A stretch of DNA of 55,665 nucleotides from [Ruminococcus] lactaris (GTDB taxonomy: Bacteria; Bacteroidota; Bacteroidia; Bacteroidales; Muribaculaceae), in assembly GCA_963615935.1 (NCBI GenBank), contig CAVEIP010000003.1, positions 1 through 55,665 on the forward strand. The letters are read 5' to 3'. The notes under the pieces are model-generated. The model saw only the letters and a list, made by a program, of their open reading frames with translations. It was not told where the DNA came from and made no database searches. The first letter of the stretch is position 1. The number at the start of each line of letters is the position of its first letter. Below, one piece after another: positions 42,795 to 51,835 of this stretch. The translations under genes and the position numbers were made by a program.

Positions 42795-44292
42795 CTTTTT
42801 CTATCTCGTTAGCGATTTCTTCATAGCGCTCCACATAGCGGTGGCGCATTGCCGACGCCTGCTGCATCGGTGTGCCCATTGCCGACAGTTGCTCCTGTGT
42901 CAGCGGCTCGGCTACTTCCACATAGAACGTGCCTTTGTTGAGGTGGCGCGCGTGCTTGGGCAGAATCTTGCCGGGTCCGTAGAGCAGCATAGGCAGCACG
43001 TCAAGGTTGAACATCTGCGCAAGGTGGAAGGCTCCCTGGTGGAAGCGCCCTATGCGGCAGTCCTTGGAGCGCGTGCCTTCGGGGAAGACGGCGATGCTGT
43101 AGCCGCGGGCAATGAGCGAACGAATTTGCGGCAGGATGTGCTCGATGCCGTCCTCCGCCGGCAGATATTCGGCGTTGCGGATGAGCATGCCGTAGAAGGG
43201 GTTGTTCCACACCCAGTTGTTGGTGAGAAACACAATCCGCGGGTTGAACACCAGCATGCACATCAGGTCGAAGTGCGACTGGTGGTTGCAGATCACTATG
43301 CGGGGCTTGTTGAAGTCAAGATTTTCAGGCACTTTCTTGCGGAAACGTGTGCCCGGCACGCCGTGGTAAATCATCACTATGCGCGAGGCGAAACAGATGA
43401 GGCGGTGCAGGTTGAAGCGCTTGCGCTCGGTCATCTTGCCTATCTTCACGTAGAGCCATACACCCGGGGTGAAGAGCACGAGCGAGAAAAACAGGAAGAA
43501 GAGCAGCGAATAGACGGAGCGCACCACCGTCATCAGTATGCGCCATAGGCGCAACGGCAAGCCGTAGACCAGTGCGAGGATGCACAGCACGGTGTTGAGC
43601 ACGCTGATGCGCGCAAAGTCCTTTGCCGGTCGGAAATGGCTCACACGCTCTTCGCGCGGCGGATAGTAGACATCGATGTCGACGGAATGAATCTTCACAC
43701 CGTGCCATGCGGTGAACACCAACAACTCGAGTTCTGCCTCGTAGCGGGAGGTGAGCAGCGAGAGCCAGTGGAGTTTGCGCAGAGGGTAGAGGCGGTAGCC
43801 TGTCTGAGTGTCGGAGAGTGCCTTGCCAGTCTGCACATAGAACCAGAAGTTGGAGAATTTGTTGGCAAAACTGCTGCCTTTGGAGCGATCCACACCTTCG
43901 AGGCGGCGGCAGCCCACAATCATTGAGCCGGGGTGCTCCTGGTTGGCACGGAGAAATTTCGCTATGTCGTGGGGATAGTGCTGGCCGTCGGCATCGAGCG
44001 TGATGGCGTAGGCAAAGCCCATCTCAAGAGCCTTGCGAAAACCCTGCTTTAGGGCATAACCCTTGCCGCGGTTGCGCTCATAGGCCACAAGCGTGATGCC
44101 TTCGATGGCTTGCAGAATCGCCGTAGTGCCGTCGGTGCATCCGTCGGCCACCACAATCACGTCGTCGCAGTGGCGGAGTGTCGCAGTAACCACGTCGCGG
44201 ATTGTGCCGGCATTGTTGTAGGTTGGAATCACCACACAGATGCCGCGCGCCCGTAGCCGTTGCTTTTGCCTTTGGTTCTCGTTGTCGTTCAT
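42787..44292 (-). CDS. Fusion of a family-2 glycosyltransferase (polyprenyl-phosphate GT-like) and a PlsC-type acyltransferase
   Basis: Trimmed to the ATG at 44292 (MNDNENQRQKQR...), giving 501 aa. ATGA overlap with the upstream dehydratase stop. GT2 motifs VVIPTYNNAGTI and ITLDADGQH are followed by TM segments, then the acyltransferase motifs ICNHQSHFD (HX4D) and AVFPEGTRSKD. Confidence 0.82.
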   Translation of the reverse strand: MNDNENQRQKQRLRARGICVVIPTYNNAGTIRDVVTATLRHCDDVIVVADGCTDGTTAILQAIEGITLVAYERNRGKGYALKQGFRKALEMGFAYAITLDADGQHYPHDIAKFLRANQEHPGSMIVGCRRLEGVDRSKGSSFANKFSNFWFYVQTGKALSDTQTGYRLYPLRKLHWLSLLTSRYEAELELLVFTAWHGVKIHSVDIDVYYPPREERVSHFRPAKDFARISVLNTVLCILALVYGLPLRLWRILMTVVRSVYSLLFFLFFSLVLFTPGVWLYVKIGKMTERKRFNLHRLICFASRIVMIYHGVPGTRFRKKVPENLDFNKPRIVICNHQSHFDLMCMLVFNPRIVFLTNNWVWNNPFYGMLIRNAEYLPAEDGIEHILPQIRSLIARGYSIAVFPEGTRSKDCRIGRFHQGAFHLAQMFNLDVLPMLLYGPGKILPKHARHLNKGTFYVEVAEPLTQEQLSAMGTPMQQASAMRHRYVERYEEIANEIEKDA

Positions 44293-44678
44293 AATGCGTT
44301 GCACACTAAAGAAATCTTTGCCTTGGCGTCGTCGCCAGCGGAGAGTACTGCCTGCGCCTTCACCGTGCCAGCGTCGGTCTCCACCTTTTTCAGTTGCACG
44401 AGCAGTTGCGGAGCAGTGTCGGGGGTGATTACCGAAAGAAATTTCACGTTTTTCACCACGCTGATTTCCAGTGGCTTGCCAACGTAGTCGGACAACAGTT
44501 CCTCCACCATCTGCACGATGCACACACCCGGGGTTATCGGCTCGCCAGGGAAGTGAGCCTTGTAGATGAAGCATTCGGGGTTGAGCGCCACCTCAAAGGC
44601 GCCTGCGCCGTCGCTGCCGACCACTGTGTATAGATTATTCTTCAGTTGCATCTTGTAGTATTGTGAATTTATAGTCAA
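44289..44678 (-). CDS. Hotdog-fold 3-hydroxyacyl-ACP dehydratase (FabZ/ApeI-ApeP-like)
   Basis: 129 aa. The motif HFPGEPITPGVCIVQMVEEL resembles the FabZ active-site His region. The start may instead be Met10 (44651). Confidence 0.8.
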   Translation of the reverse strand: MTINSQYYKMQLKNNLYTVVGSDGAGAFEVALNPECFIYKAHFPGEPITPGVCIVQMVEELLSDYVGKPLEISVVKNVKFLSVITPDTAPQLLVQLKKVETDAGTVKAQAVLSAGDDAKAKISLVCNAL

Positions 44679-45045
44679 TCTTGCGTTTCTCGTTGCGGTA
44701 GGTCATGACGCCATCGGCGAGGTTTTGCATCACCTTGGCGAGGTCGGAGCGGAGAGTGCGGCGGATGTACCACTTGTCGAGCAGTTTGATTACGTGCACC
44801 AGTTTCACCTTCTTTGTCTGCGGATTGTAGATGAAGTCGAGCGCCGAGATGCCGAACTCGTTGACCAGGCAACCCTTCACCTCGCCGCCGTCAGCCACGA
44901 GGATGCACACACCGCTTACGTAGCCGCGCCCCATCTCGATGACGGCATCGTAGCGTGCCCGCTCGCCGTCGGCGGTGGGAAACGAGGCTGCGTGCGCTGC
45001 CAGGCACAGTAGCAATGCGCTAATTAATGCTGAAAACCTTTGCAT
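44635..45045 (-). CDS. Small exported protein of unknown function
   Basis: 136 aa. Signal peptide (MQRFSALISALLLCLAAHAAS). No recognisable motif. Both ends overlap neighbouring genes within the operon, which supports translation. Confidence 0.6.
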   Translation of the reverse strand: MQRFSALISALLLCLAAHAASFPTADGERARYDAVIEMGRGYVSGVCILVADGGEVKGCLVNEFGISALDFIYNPQTKKVKLVHVIKLLDKWYIRRTLRSDLAKVMQNLADGVMTYRNEKRKIDYKFTILQDATEE

Positions 45046-45643
45046 TGATGGCTGAATTAGTCTTTATGTTCTTCAGTTCGATGACCGTGCGGTCGCCGTT
45101 TTTCTCCACCAACTCCACGGTTGTCACCACCGACTTTTGTCGGTTGAAGTGGAGGATGATTTTCTGAAACATCTGCTTCATCTGCTTCTGTTGTGGAAGA
45201 AGGGTGGCGATGTACTCAGTCGAGGTGGTCTGTATGCTCGTCTTGAAGTCCTTCGCATCGGTGAGGCACTTGCCCACCACGCTGTTCATCATTATGCGGG
45301 CAATCTCCTTGAAGAATTTGCTCTGCTCCACGTTGATTACGTCGTTGCGCTTACCCTTGCTGATGAGCACCTTAGAGCCGTTGAGCACAAAGGTGTAGGT
45401 GTAGGGCGAGGTGTATTCCCAGCGCAGTTTGTCGCTTTGCTGATAGTACATCTTTCCCTTCGACACCATCTTGTCGTTGAGCATCTTGATGGTCTTCGTT
45501 TGCACGAAGTCACACTGCATCGTCTTCATCGACGACGCTACAGCATTGATTTGCTGGATTATTTTCTGCTCGTCCTTGGTCTGCGTGGCAAATGCCACGG
45601 CAGCAACCATGAGAGCCAAAAGAAATGTTGATAACTTTTTCAT
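45020..45643 (-). CDS. LolA-like outer-membrane lipoprotein-carrier family protein (ApeL-like role)
   Basis: Trimmed to the ATG at 45643 (MKKLSTFLLALMVAAVAFA...), giving 207 aa. LolA-family pattern (MQCDFVQTKTIKMLNDKMVSKGKMYYQQSDKLRWEY). Confidence 0.8.
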   Translation of the reverse strand: MKKLSTFLLALMVAAVAFATQTKDEQKIIQQINAVASSMKTMQCDFVQTKTIKMLNDKMVSKGKMYYQQSDKLRWEYTSPYTYTFVLNGSKVLISKGKRNDVINVEQSKFFKEIARIMMNSVVGKCLTDAKDFKTSIQTTSTEYIATLLPQQKQMKQMFQKIILHFNRQKSVVTTVELVEKNGDRTVIELKNIKTNSAINAKVFSIN

Positions 45644-45645
45644 CG

Positions 45646-45999
45646 CTATTTTGCTATTAAACAACATCCTAAAATTATGAGTCCGATGCCGGCCCATTTG
45701 TAGACCGACACTGTTTCGTGGAAGAAAAACATTGCCGAGAGCATGCCAAACACGTAGGTGAGGCTAATCATCGGGTAGGCCACGCTCAGCGGATAGTGCT
45801 TGATGATATACATCCACAGCACTGAACTGGCGCCGAAGAAGATGCCGCAGCAGGCAAACTGCCAGTTGAGCAGCAGCGACACCCAGAAATCGCGCGTCCA
45901 GCCGAACGGGTGCATCTTCTGGAGCGCAAACTTCAGAAACACCTGTCCGCCAGCGAGCAATGCGCTCTGCGCCAATGCCAGTCCCACTATTCTCCACAT
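45646..45999 (-). CDS. Four-TM half-size DMT/EamA-type membrane protein (ArnE/ArnF-like size and topology)
   Basis: Trimmed to the ATG at 45999 (MWRIVGLALAQSALLAGG...), giving 117 aa with four hydrophobic segments. The longer track ORF would overlap the upstream KS gene by 220 nt. Confidence 0.7.
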   Translation of the reverse strand: MWRIVGLALAQSALLAGGQVFLKFALQKMHPFGWTRDFWVSLLLNWQFACCGIFFGASSVLWMYIIKHYPLSVAYPMISLTYVFGMLSAMFFFHETVSVYKWAGIGLIILGCCLIAK

Positions 46000-47747
46000 G
46001 TCAGTACGATGGCTATGGAATGCACTGCCGGCAGTGGCTTTGCGCCGCTCTGCTCCAGCAGTGAGTTGAACAATGGTGTGGATTCGTCGTGGCAACCCAC
46101 AAGCACCGTGCGGCATCGCCCCGAGCGCAGCAGCATCTCGGCATCGTGCATTGCCCACTGCAGCGACTGCGCGCCTTGGGTGTAGGTCACGTTGTAGCCG
46201 TGGCATTGGGTTTTGATGGCAATGTTGCTGCTTATGGTGTTGTGGGTGCTCTGCATGAAGTATGTAGGCTTCAGCAGTCCCTCATTCTCTTCGCGTATCT
46301 GCTGGAGCAGGCGCTCGCTGTTGTCGAGGCATCCGTAGGCGGTGCCGGTGATGATGGCGTCGGGCACGTCGATGCCTGCCTGGGCAAGGGCTTCGAGCGA
46401 CGAGAGCAGCGAACTCTTCATCAGTTTGCCCATGCGACGCGACTCCATCGGCTTGATGTATTTGCGGATGTCGGCGAGTTGCTCCTCATTGCTGATTTCC
46501 ACGCGCGCCAGCACCTTTACGGGCTTGTCGCTGCCCTCTGCCGCGCTGAAGGCGTGGGGCTTGGTGGACAGCACCAGCGACGAGTCGTTGCCGCCGAAGC
46601 CAAACGAGTTGCACACCACATTGGTGAGCACTACGCCATCGGCACCGAGTGTTGGGGTGATGCCGTTGTCCATCTGATTCGCCCAGCCGAGATTTCCCGG
46701 CACGAACTGGTGCTTCATCGCCAACAGGCAGATAACTGCCTCGATGCTTCCCGAAGCACTCGTGGTGTGGCCCGTGAACGACTTTGTGCTCGACACCAGC
46801 GGCATCTTTTCGCCGAAGATGCGCTTCAGCGCCGCACTCTCGCTCTGGTCGTTGTTGGGCGTTCCAGTGCCGTGGGCGTTGACATACTGCACGTCGGCGG
46901 CATCGATGCCAGCCATCTCCAATGCCTGGCGCATGGCGAGGTAAGCCCCCTCGCCGTTGTCCGACGATGCAGTCTGATGGAAGGCGTCGCAGGCATTGCC
47001 GTAGCCCGTGAGATAGGCATGTGGCTCTGCGCCGCGCTCCTGTGCTGCCTGTTCAGGCTCCATCACGAGGAATGCCGCGCCCTCGCCGAGGTTCAGTCCG
47101 GCACGCGTAGCGTCGAACGGGCGGCACTGCTCCTTGTCGAGAATCATCAGCGAGTTGAAGCCGTTGAGGTGGAAGCGCGACAATGCTTCGGTGCCGCCCA
47201 CCACTACGATGTCGGCATCGCCCGCCGCAAGCAGTCGGGCGCCGAGCATGATGGCGTTGGCAGCCGAAGAGCAGGCGGTGGAGATGGTTGTCACGTCGGC
47301 GAAGATGCCGAAATGGTCTGCCATCATCTGTGTGCTGCTGCCGCAGTCGTGGTGCTTGAGAAACTCAAGATTGGCGGCGCTGTCGGGGTTGTCGAGGCAC
47401 TGCTCGGTGATGTCCATGCCGCCCACGGTGGTGCCTGAAACGAGCACTATGCGCTTGCCCTTCGCCGCGTCGCCGTCGAGGCAGGCGTCGGCAAGAGCCT
47501 GACGGATGGCGAGCATGCCCATTAGGGCGGTGCGGCTCATCATAGTGTCGTCGGCAATGGCGAGCCGTTGCTTCATCTCAGCGTTTGAGAGTTTCACCTC
47601 GCCTACGGGTAACTCGTGGTGGCGCGACTGCAGATGGCGCATCGTGCCTATGCCCGTAGTGCCCGAGCGCAGCGACTGCAGCACCTCAGCCTTGTCGAGC
47701 CCGATGGCCGACACTATTCCTTCGCCTGTTATCGCGATATTCATCAT
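45987..47747 (-). CDS. Beta-ketoacyl synthase fused to a C-terminal CLF-like (Ketoacyl-synt_2-like) half domain
   Basis: 586 aa. The KS catalytic triad is visible (STACSSAANA Cys; NAHGTGTPNND His; FTGHTTSASG His; SFGFGGND). It is followed by ~180 aa (ITGTAYGCLDNSERLL...FMQSTHNTISSNIAIKTQCHGYNVTY...VLVGCHDE) that resemble the N-terminal half of a KS, as in aryl-polyene chain-length-factor proteins. Confidence 0.9.
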   Translation of the reverse strand: MMNIAITGEGIVSAIGLDKAEVLQSLRSGTTGIGTMRHLQSRHHELPVGEVKLSNAEMKQRLAIADDTMMSRTALMGMLAIRQALADACLDGDAAKGKRIVLVSGTTVGGMDITEQCLDNPDSAANLEFLKHHDCGSSTQMMADHFGIFADVTTISTACSSAANAIMLGARLLAAGDADIVVVGGTEALSRFHLNGFNSLMILDKEQCRPFDATRAGLNLGEGAAFLVMEPEQAAQERGAEPHAYLTGYGNACDAFHQTASSDNGEGAYLAMRQALEMAGIDAADVQYVNAHGTGTPNNDQSESAALKRIFGEKMPLVSSTKSFTGHTTSASGSIEAVICLLAMKHQFVPGNLGWANQMDNGITPTLGADGVVLTNVVCNSFGFGGNDSSLVLSTKPHAFSAAEGSDKPVKVLARVEISNEEQLADIRKYIKPMESRRMGKLMKSSLLSSLEALAQAGIDVPDAIITGTAYGCLDNSERLLQQIREENEGLLKPTYFMQSTHNTISSNIAIKTQCHGYNVTYTQGAQSLQWAMHDAEMLLRSGRCRTVLVGCHDESTPLFNSLLEQSGAKPLPAVHSIAIVLTCGE

Positions 47748-47774
47748 TGGCTTGAAAAGGGGAATTTTCCCGGT

Positions 47775-48032
47775 TTATTTTGTTCTGTTCTTGTCGACAT
47801 ATTCGGCAATCGTTGCCACACTCTTGAAGATGCCTTTAGCGGCAGCCGGATTGGTGAGTTTGATGCCGTATTTCTTTTCGAGGAGCACAATCAGTTCGAG
47901 TGCGTCGATAGAGTCGAGACCGAGGCCGTCGCCGAAGAGAGGGTCGTCGGTTTTGATGTCGTCGGCGGTCATTTCTTCAAGGTTGAGCGCCTCGATAATC
48001 TCTTCTTTCAGTTCTTTGATTAGTTCTTCCAT
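47775..48032 (-). CDS. Acyl carrier protein (second ACP)
   Basis: 85 aa, acidic. Motif DGLGLDSIDALELIVLLE. Confidence 0.9.
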   Translation of the reverse strand: MEELIKELKEEIIEALNLEEMTADDIKTDDPLFGDGLGLDSIDALELIVLLEKKYGIKLTNPAAAKGIFKSVATIAEYVDKNRTK

Positions 48033-48059
48033 ATCTTTTGTTTTGTTTAGTCTGTTGGT

Positions 48060-49742
48060 TTACTTGTTTTTGCGTTGTGCAATCCACATGTCGGCCTCAA
48101 AACTGAGGTCGTCGTCATAGTCAATCCATCCAGTGAGCAGCGTGTTGGTGCCGCTGTCGGCAAATGCCGTGGCAATGATGCTGTCCATCGTTGCCTGGTT
48201 CTTCTCTGGGAGGATAAAAAACGACGTCTCGCCGTGGAAGCCGTTGCGGATGGCTATTTCGCCGGTTACGATGTTTGGCAGGGTGTAGACAAACACCGAC
48301 GGACTCGGGAAATAGTTGTCGGCATCGGCGGTCGACTCGAGGTATTTCCTGTCGGACACCACCGACGAGGAGCGGTTGAACAGCACCACGCCGCACGCTT
48401 GGTCGCTGATGCCTCCAGCCGCCTTCAGCAGCAGTTCAGAGGCCACGAAGCCGAGGCGGCAAAGTGCGTCCATCTTGTAGTATTTCGGATAGTCGGCGAT
48501 GTGCTCCTTGTAGAGCGCGGTGAGCAACGATGCTCCTTCGCCTATGGGTATTGTTTTGCTATCGACTGTGGCCGACGACGGAGTGATCATCACGCGGTGC
48601 GTGCGCTCGATGGCTGCATCGCTTTGAGTGAGATTATCTATAGTCTTGTCAGCCAAGATTGTAGCGTTGCAGCCTCCGAAGCCCGAGAGCATCTTCACGA
48701 AGCAATGCTTGTCGGTTGTTTGGCTTGACGCCGACACGTTGACCTTGCCCGACACTCCGAGTTCCTCGAAGCCGCGCGTGCCGAGCACCGTATGGTCGTC
48801 GGCGGCATGCATCGAGATAATCGTTTCGAGTACTCCAGCGGCGCCGAGTGTGTGGCCAAAATAGCCTTTCAGCGCATTCAGAGGCACATCGAGCAGGTCG
48901 GCGCGCTTCATTGCCATCGACTCCATCTGGTCGTTGAAGAGTGTGGCGGTGCCGTGGGCGTTGACAAACGCAAGGTCGCTGGCGTCTACACCCTGAAGGG
49001 TCGCTGTAAGCGCTTGGTAGAGCCCTTCGCCCGCCTTCGACGGCGCACTGATGTGGAACGCGTCGTTGCGCACATATCCGTTGCCGAGACGCCATGAGCC
49101 GGCTTTCGCCTTGGCGGAGAGCACGATGGTTGCCGCCGCTTCGCCGAGGTTGAGTCCGTAGCGCTCCATGTCGAATGGGCGGCACGGCTCTGGCGACAGC
49201 GCTTTGAGCGACTGGAAGCCCGAGATGATGAACTGCTCGGGAGAGTCGGCGCCGCAGACCACGGCGGCGGTGCACCTGCCAGCGTCGATTAGTCGCGAAG
49301 CAAGAATCAGTGCCGACAGGCCGGAGATGCACGCATTGCACACCACTATCGGGTCGGCCTTGATGCCGAGTGCTGCGGCAATCCGTTTTGCGGAGTCGCT
49401 CACATGGTAGTCGCCCGCAGCCAACTGTTCCACGGAGCCTTTGGTGGTGCTTAGAATCAGCACTACGCCATCGGCGGTAGGGTCGATGCCACTGTCGCTT
49501 ACGGCGCGCTGGGCAGAGGCGGTGGCTATAGCCTCGAAGCGCGTGAGGGAAGAGTTCACGGAGCGGCGCGCCTCGGCGATTTGGTCGTCGGTGAGCAGCG
49601 ATGCCGTGAACGCCTCTGGGATGCCGAGGCTGCCATGGGCATAGGCGTGCAGACCCGTCAGGCCGGCTTTCACCGACTTGTAGTTCTCCTCCGCCGTCTG
49701 TCCGAGCGGAGAGATTATGTTGTCTGCCAATACGTATGCCAT
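48060..49742 (-). CDS. Beta-ketoacyl synthase fused to a second, different CLF-like C-terminal half domain
   Basis: 560 aa. KS triad (CNACISGLSAL Cys; NAHGTATLFND His; YFGHTLGAAG His; SGFGGCNA). The following ~180 aa (ALCRLGFVASELLL...FPSPSVFVYTLPNIVTGEIAIRNGFHGETSFF...TGWIDYDDD) are KS-N-terminal-like but lack an obvious active-site Cys context. Confidence 0.9.
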   Translation of the reverse strand: MAYVLADNIISPLGQTAEENYKSVKAGLTGLHAYAHGSLGIPEAFTASLLTDDQIAEARRSVNSSLTRFEAIATASAQRAVSDSGIDPTADGVVLILSTTKGSVEQLAAGDYHVSDSAKRIAAALGIKADPIVVCNACISGLSALILASRLIDAGRCTAAVVCGADSPEQFIISGFQSLKALSPEPCRPFDMERYGLNLGEAAATIVLSAKAKAGSWRLGNGYVRNDAFHISAPSKAGEGLYQALTATLQGVDASDLAFVNAHGTATLFNDQMESMAMKRADLLDVPLNALKGYFGHTLGAAGVLETIISMHAADDHTVLGTRGFEELGVSGKVNVSASSQTTDKHCFVKMLSGFGGCNATILADKTIDNLTQSDAAIERTHRVMITPSSATVDSKTIPIGEGASLLTALYKEHIADYPKYYKMDALCRLGFVASELLLKAAGGISDQACGVVLFNRSSSVVSDRKYLESTADADNYFPSPSVFVYTLPNIVTGEIAIRNGFHGETSFFILPEKNQATMDSIIATAFADSGTNTLLTGWIDYDDDLSFEADMWIAQRKNK

Positions 49743-49755
49743 AGTCGTTTATTTT

Positions 49756-50184
49756 CTATAGTTCATCGGTCTGTCCCCAGCGCTCTTTCCATGCTTGATA
49801 GAACGGCGGGTTGTCCCAGACCAGTTGATAGTTCATGTCCATAAACACCTGCACGGAGTGACCCGTGGCAAGTAGAGAATCGTCGGCAGTGTCGTGGATT
49901 TCGTAGTCGAACACGATTTTCGCTGCCGCCGTAGGACGGTAGATGATGTCGACGCGCGGATGCATGCCGTAGCGGATGGGCCGCTTGTAGTGGAACGTGA
50001 GTTCCACGAGTGGGGCGAAATATCCGTGGTCGAAGAATCCCATGTATTCGAGGTCGAATTTCTTGCCGAATGCCTCGCGGGCGTCCTCAAAATAGAGAGG
50101 GTAGGAGCCGTGCCACACCACATTCATTGAGTCCACTTCGCTGAAGCGCACCTCGAAAGCCTTCGATTCCTTGAGTTCTTTCAT
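49756..50184 (-). CDS. 4HBT/YbgC-type hotdog thioesterase (ApeK-like role)
   Basis: 142 aa. VRFSEVDSMNVVWHGSYPLYFEDAREAF matches the YbgC-like Asp/His region. Confidence 0.85.
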   Translation of the reverse strand: MKELKESKAFEVRFSEVDSMNVVWHGSYPLYFEDAREAFGKKFDLEYMGFFDHGYFAPLVELTFHYKRPIRYGMHPRVDIIYRPTAAAKIVFDYEIHDTADDSLLATGHSVQVFMDMNYQLVWDNPPFYQAWKERWGQTDEL

Positions 50185-50669
50185 CGATGCGCCTCCATTT
50201 CCTTTACGGCAATCTTCATCTCGGTGGTAACCAGAGTGTTGCCTCCGACGGTGACGGTCGCGTCGGCAAGCGTCATGCCAAACACCTCTTCGCGGACCAC
50301 CACCGTGGTGGTCATCACGTCGCCCACCTTAGGCAGCGCCGCAACCTCGAAGTTGCGCACCGCGCCGATAAATCCCAACTGGATGCCCTTTTTCAGTATA
50401 TACTTGTTGACGTAGCCAATGCGAGCGGCACACGTTTGGGCAATGTTTTCCATCAGTCCCGACGCCGAGAAGCGGCCGTTGTCGGTAAAGATGTTGGCCT
50501 CCGTAACCTCGGTTTCGGTCACCGTCACCGTGCGCGTGAAGCCCGTGAGCGAGCCAATCATCACGAAAGGCTCCTGCTGCGGCAGAAGTTCGTGCACGTC
50601 GATGCTGCGGAGAAACTCCTCCGTAGGGTTCTCGGGGTCGATATTGCTAATAATGTCGGTCATGACCAA
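50181..50669 (-). CDS. Hotdog-fold dehydratase (second FabA/FabZ-like subunit)
   Basis: 162 aa. ELLPQQEPFVMIGSL resembles the LLPHRxPFLLvD entry motif. 4-nt overlap with the thioesterase gene and 10-nt overlap with the upstream acyltransferase gene. Confidence 0.78.
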   Translation of the reverse strand: MVMTDIISNIDPENPTEEFLRSIDVHELLPQQEPFVMIGSLTGFTRTVTVTETEVTEANIFTDNGRFSASGLMENIAQTCAARIGYVNKYILKKGIQLGFIGAVRNFEVAALPKVGDVMTTTVVVREEVFGMTLADATVTVGGNTLVTTEMKIAVKEMEAHR

Positions 50670-51571
50670 AATTCAAAAAAGTTGTACCATTGTGTGGGGT
50701 AGCGGCGTAGCATCCGCTCCATTTCGGCAGCGTAGGCATCTGCCAGTTGCTGCATCTGCTGGCGGCGCGGCGCCTCTTTGTCGTAGGGCAGGGGCGTGAC
50801 GTAGGCGGTGTAGCCTTTCGTGGATGTTTTCATCACGTTGACCGCCACCACGTCGAGGCTGCGCATTGTTGCCACCGAGAACGGTCCCATGGGCAGTTTC
50901 GCCGCGTGGCCGAGGATGCTCACGTCGAGTGTCTTCGGCGAACCGATTACGCGGTCGGCAGGCATGCTCACAATCTCGTTGTTGGCGAGCACCTCGTTGA
51001 CCTTAAACAGATGGCTCATGTCGCTCGCCACAGGGATGATGTTGATGTGGTTGCGCTCAAAGCCGTGTCGGCGCCCTTCCATCACTGTGCCTTTCTCGCC
51101 GCCAAACACGAGCGCGTTGAACTGCTTCTTGTCTGCCACGAGCGTGAATCCCGCCACCTCGTAGCATCCCATGTGGGCGCTGAGAATCATAAATCCCGGC
51201 TCAGCCTCCGACAGAGCATTGAAATGCTCCAGCCCCTCCACATTGACGCGGAAGCGCTTGCCGGCAAAGAGCGCAAAGCGATCAATCACCACCTGCGCAA
51301 ACAGGCAGTGGTTGGTGTAGGTGCACCAGGCGGCGCGCAGGCGGCCGTAGCCCTGACGGCGGCGGAAATAGTGGTAGGCGGTGCGACGGCTGGCGTTGGT
51401 GATAAGGCATACCGGCACTATAAACAGAGCGGAAAAAGCATAGAGCAACCTCACATCGATGACCCGCAGAGAGCCTACCAGCCACCGATGCATCCAGGCC
51501 GTACCGAAGGTAGTGCCCGCCCATGCTTTTCCTTGTTCCGTCAATTCCCTTTGTCTTTGATTGTTCCCCAA
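50660..51571 (-). CDS. LpxL/HtrB-family (lysophospholipid/lipid A-type) acyltransferase (ApeD-like role)
   Basis: 303 aa. N-terminal membrane anchor and LSAHMGCYEVAG (the HxxxxE catalytic dyad of the Lip_A_acyltrans family). Confidence 0.8.
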   Translation of the reverse strand: MGNNQRQRELTEQGKAWAGTTFGTAWMHRWLVGSLRVIDVRLLYAFSALFIVPVCLITNASRRTAYHYFRRRQGYGRLRAAWCTYTNHCLFAQVVIDRFALFAGKRFRVNVEGLEHFNALSEAEPGFMILSAHMGCYEVAGFTLVADKKQFNALVFGGEKGTVMEGRRHGFERNHINIIPVASDMSHLFKVNEVLANNEIVSMPADRVIGSPKTLDVSILGHAAKLPMGPFSVATMRSLDVVAVNVMKTSTKGYTAYVTPLPYDKEAPRRQQMQQLADAYAAEMERMLRRYPTQWYNFFEFWS

Positions 51572-51584
51572 TGGCAGGCGGCTG

Positions 51585-51827
51585 TTAAGCCACCTTGCTC
51601 TCGATGTAGTCGCAGAATTCCTTGAGGGTTGTTACGCCCTGCATCTCCTCAGGCTTGATTTTGAAGCCGAAATTTTTCTCGACAATCACCACGATGTCGA
51701 CAAAGTCGAGGCTGTCGATGCCGAGGTCGTCCTTGAGTTTCGCTTCAGGAGCAATCTTTTCTTCTTCAATTTCCAAGTCGTCGATAAGGAAGTCGCGTAC
51801 TTTCTCTTCAATTTCTTTTCTTTCCAT
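51585..51827 (-). CDS. Acyl carrier protein (first ACP)
   Basis: 80 aa, acidic. Motif DDLGIDSLDFVDIVVIVE. Confidence 0.9.
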   Translation of the reverse strand: MERKEIEEKVRDFLIDDLEIEEEKIAPEAKLKDDLGIDSLDFVDIVVIVEKNFGFKIKPEEMQGVTTLKEFCDYIESKVA

Positions 51828-51835
51828 AGGGTTGA

